From a virus (Duplodnaviria; Caudoviricetes): DNA of 64,000 bases. The stretch spans positions 1 to 64,000 of IMG/VR virus record IMGVR_UViG_3300028603_000021; one strand, written 5' to 3'. The notes below the pieces were generated by a model. The model was given only the letters and a program-made list of their open reading frames with translations. It searched no databases and was not told where the DNA came from. The position numbers and the translations under genes are program-made. Positions 61,586 through 64,000 of the stretch are shown here, in pieces; the stretch's first letter is position 1, and the number at the start of each line of letters is the position of its first letter.

Positions 61586-64000
61586 ATGTCCAGAGCTAAA
61601 GACGCCAAAATGTCAGTCACCTCTGCCTGGGGTGACTTGATCGGTCGTGCCGAACACATAGCCGACGAAACTAAAGGCGGCTCGATATACCGAGTACAGC
61701 CTGTTGACCTAGAAACCTTCGTCACGAGTCCGGACTACCTGGGTAGAGATATGTGGGGTATGAGTGATAAGCAGAAGGAATTTATCGAGGCCGCTACTGA
61801 CTTCGAAAACGGGATAACATTCTTTGTCTTGATGGTTGGTAAGGGTGCCGGTAAGAACTGGGCTTGTGGTATTGCATACCTATATGCGGTTTACAAGCTT
61901 CTGTGTATGCACGACCCACATGCTTACCTAGAACACGATGACGCCAAAGCTATAACCCTTCTCAACGTCGCTATCAACGCGCTGCAAGCAAAGAAGAATT
62001 TCTTCGACCCTATGATCAACACACTAAGGGGTGCTGGTCGCAAGGCTTTCAGGGATTTCGGGTTTGACCCAGATACTGATATAACTACATCTCAGGTTAT
62101 ATTCCCTAAGAATATAGAAGTTATCTCAGCCAACTCTAAGGGTGGTGGTATCGAAGGATACGACGTACTCTTCGGCATCGCAGACGAGGTTGACGACGTT
62201 GAGTTCTACGGTGTAGAGAAGATTCTTGACACGCTCAGAACATCATCTCAGTCCAGGTTCAAGGGTAAAGAAAAGGTTGTAGCTATCTCTTACCAAAGAT
62301 ACTCTGGCTCATCAGGTAAGATCGCCCAGCTCTACAGCACTGCTATAGGATCAGCGCACATATATGCTAGGCGTTATGCTTCCTGGGAATTTCACCCAGC
62401 AAGAACACGAGAAGATTTCCAGACGTACTTTGACGAAGACCCCGAGAAGGCAGCCTGTATCTACGGGTCAGAACTTATGGGCAGCTTCGTGGACTCGTGG
62501 ATAAAGGACACCTTGAGGATAAAGAACGCCATGAACTGGGAGCGTAAGTGGATTCTTGACTGGCCTCTTCCTTACGACCCAGACGAGATAGGTTCAGAAA
62601 AATGGAAGGCTAAGCTTGCACACCTAGAATGGCAGGCGCAACCAGCGTCTGAATACTCATACAGGGATAACTCGGGTGTCATACACACCTTAGACCCGTA
62701 TGACTTACCTATACGTGTGCCTGGAGACCCCAACACGGTTTACGTCTTGTGCGGCGACCCGGCGGCTGGCTCTGAAAAGAACGGCGGTGACGGCTACGGA
62801 GTAACGCTAGGCCACAGAGAACTAGTAAGGGTGGGGGACTTCGAGTACCCACGCCCAGTTATAGATTTTTCATTCAGGTTCATCGGCAGGATGTTTCCAG
62901 AGGGGCAGATTCAGATGTCTGCTATGGAAAACTTGATATCTAAACTGAAAGATAGGTATGGTTATAACATACAGTACTTTTCGTTCGACGGATGGAACTG
63001 TCAGGTGGTGGGGTCTAGGGTACTAACTCCATCAGGGTATAAGCTGGTAGAGACATTGAAGAAACATGATGACGTAGTAGGAAATAAAAACATCAATAAG
63101 GTAGTGGAAACAGAGGTGAAGCATGATATTCCGACTAAAACCATCAAAACCGACATAGGGTTAGAATTCACAGTAACCAGTAACCACCCCTTGCTGACGA
63201 AAGATAACAAGTGGTTGCTCGCAGACCAGCTACAGCCAGGAGACAAGCTGAAGCTGTTCTTAGGTGACGACCACTTTGGGACGACGCACGATCCAGATAA
63301 AGCACTATTCCACGGAAAAGATGAGAACGACCACGTGCCAGAGTGGATATTCGGAGCTACGGAAGAAAGCATCGGTATGTTCTTAAGCGGCCTCTACGAA
63401 AGTAAGGGTAGTGTAGTCGTAGATATAAACGGCGTAAAAAGCCCTCATGTAGAGTACAACACCTTAAGCGAAAAACTCTCCAAAGAGGTGCAGCTGCTTC
63501 TTCTACAGCTGGGGATAAAATCATGGAGGACATCTCTAGGAGAAGACTACAGTATACTGATCTACGGAGAAAGCCTAGAGTTATTCAGGAATCTAGTAGG
63601 CTTCAGATCAACCGAAAAGCTGTCAAAAGCTTTAGTGACAGAAGGGTCTAGATGCAACTGCCCAGAGGCAACAGTAACGTCTGTTGAGGACTCTGTGTCT
63701 AGCATAGTACACATGGAAGTAGACGGAGACCACACTTACGCTGGCGAGGGGGTTGTAAACCACAACAGCCTACACCTGACTCAGTGGATAGCTAGAACAT
63801 ACCCCGGTGTTATTGTTCAGGACGGTAACATAGTCCAGACTAAGGACTATACCGCACTGAGGGATGCTATCTTCGGTGAAGCTCCGCCTACAAGCGGTCA
63901 AGGTGAAAAAGAAACTAACGGCGGCATAGATATACCATGGAACCCAGTGTTATTCGAAGAACTTCGTAACCTGCGGGAAGACAGAAGCAAACCTAAGATA
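61586..64000 (+). CDS. terL: terminase large subunit with intein (truncated by window end)
   Basis: Read manually: GKGAGKN Walker A, NVA.NA.QA, GIADEVD Walker B, CGDPA and SFDGWN|S nuclease motifs. Confidence 0.88.
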   Translation, partial: MSRAKDAKMSVTSAWGDLIGRAEHIADETKGGSIYRVQPVDLETFVTSPDYLGRDMWGMSDKQKEFIEAATDFENGITFFVLMVGKGAGKNWACGIAYLYAVYKLLCMHDPHAYLEHDDAKAITLLNVAINALQAKKNFFDPMINTLRGAGRKAFRDFGFDPDTDITTSQVIFPKNIEVISANSKGGGIEGYDVLFGIADEVDDVEFYGVEKILDTLRTSSQSRFKGKEKVVAISYQRYSGSSGKIAQLYSTAIGSAHIYARRYASWEFHPARTREDFQTYFDEDPEKAACIYGSELMGSFVDSWIKDTLRIKNAMNWERKWILDWPLPYDPDEIGSEKWKAKLAHLEWQAQPASEYSYRDNSGVIHTLDPYDLPIRVPGDPNTVYVLCGDPAAGSEKNGGDGYGVTLGHRELVRVGDFEYPRPVIDFSFRFIGRMFPEGQIQMSAMENLISKLKDRYGYNIQYFSFDGWNCQVVGSRVLTPSGYKLVETLKKHDDVVGNKNINKVVETEVKHDIPTKTIKTDIGLEFTVTSNHPLLTKDNKWLLADQLQPGDKLKLFLGDDHFGTTHDPDKALFHGKDENDHVPEWIFGATEESIGMFLSGLYESKGSVVVDINGVKSPHVEYNTLSEKLSKEVQLLLLQLGIKSWRTSLGEDYSILIYGESLELFRNLVGFRSTEKLSKALVTEGSRCNCPEATVTSVEDSVSSIVHMEVDGDHTYAGEGVVNHNSLHLTQWIARTYPGVIVQDGNIVQTKDYTALRDAIFGEAPPTSGQGEKETNGGIDIPWNPVLFEELRNLREDRSKPKI
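62999..63766 (+). mobile_element. intein (256 aa) with partial LAGLIDADG domain
   Basis: Starts CQVVGSRVLT; T.NHP block B; FLSGLYES.G; ends VVNHN followed by Ser. Confidence 0.9.

Noticed and set aside
63001-63372. 123-aa minus-strand ORF
   Set aside because: Antisense to the TerL intein.

Overview
This is a 64-kb segment of a large tailed-phage genome using the standard genetic code, possibly starting at or near a genome end. Host unknown; frequent leaderless genes and a DRB0094-type RNA ligase hint at Deinococcota or Actinomycetota (inference). Layout: (i) 1-16.6 kb, a minus-strand early/host-takeover-like region of tiny ORFs, most with their own sigma70 promoter and an AGGAGGTAGGACATG RBS, including a kinase-like, HhH glycosylase-like, SprT and nucleotidyltransferase gene; (ii) 15-44 kb, an RNA-rich region with 27 tRNAs, four aberrant tRNA-like RNAs, a tmRNA, a ~0.9-kb GOLLD-like giant RNA, other structured ncRNAs, two HNH endonucleases, a TnpB-only IS200/IS605 element, DnaA boxes and rIIA/rIIB; (iii) 44-56.5 kb, NCS2 purine permease, RNA ligase, restriction-like nuclease, homing endonuclease, Mom-like modifier, SNF2 helicase, RtcB and a phosphoesterase; (iv) plus strand from 56.6 kb, PhoH, probable TerS and an intein-containing TerL running off the window. 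The best candidate for an undescribed system is the non-coding RNA set: a promoter-driven array of covarying mini-pseudoknots (36.7-37.0 kb), a hairpin array (22.0-22.2 kb) and exposed anti-Shine-Dalgarno tracts, set against leaderless enzyme genes. All calls were made by eye; no searches were run.
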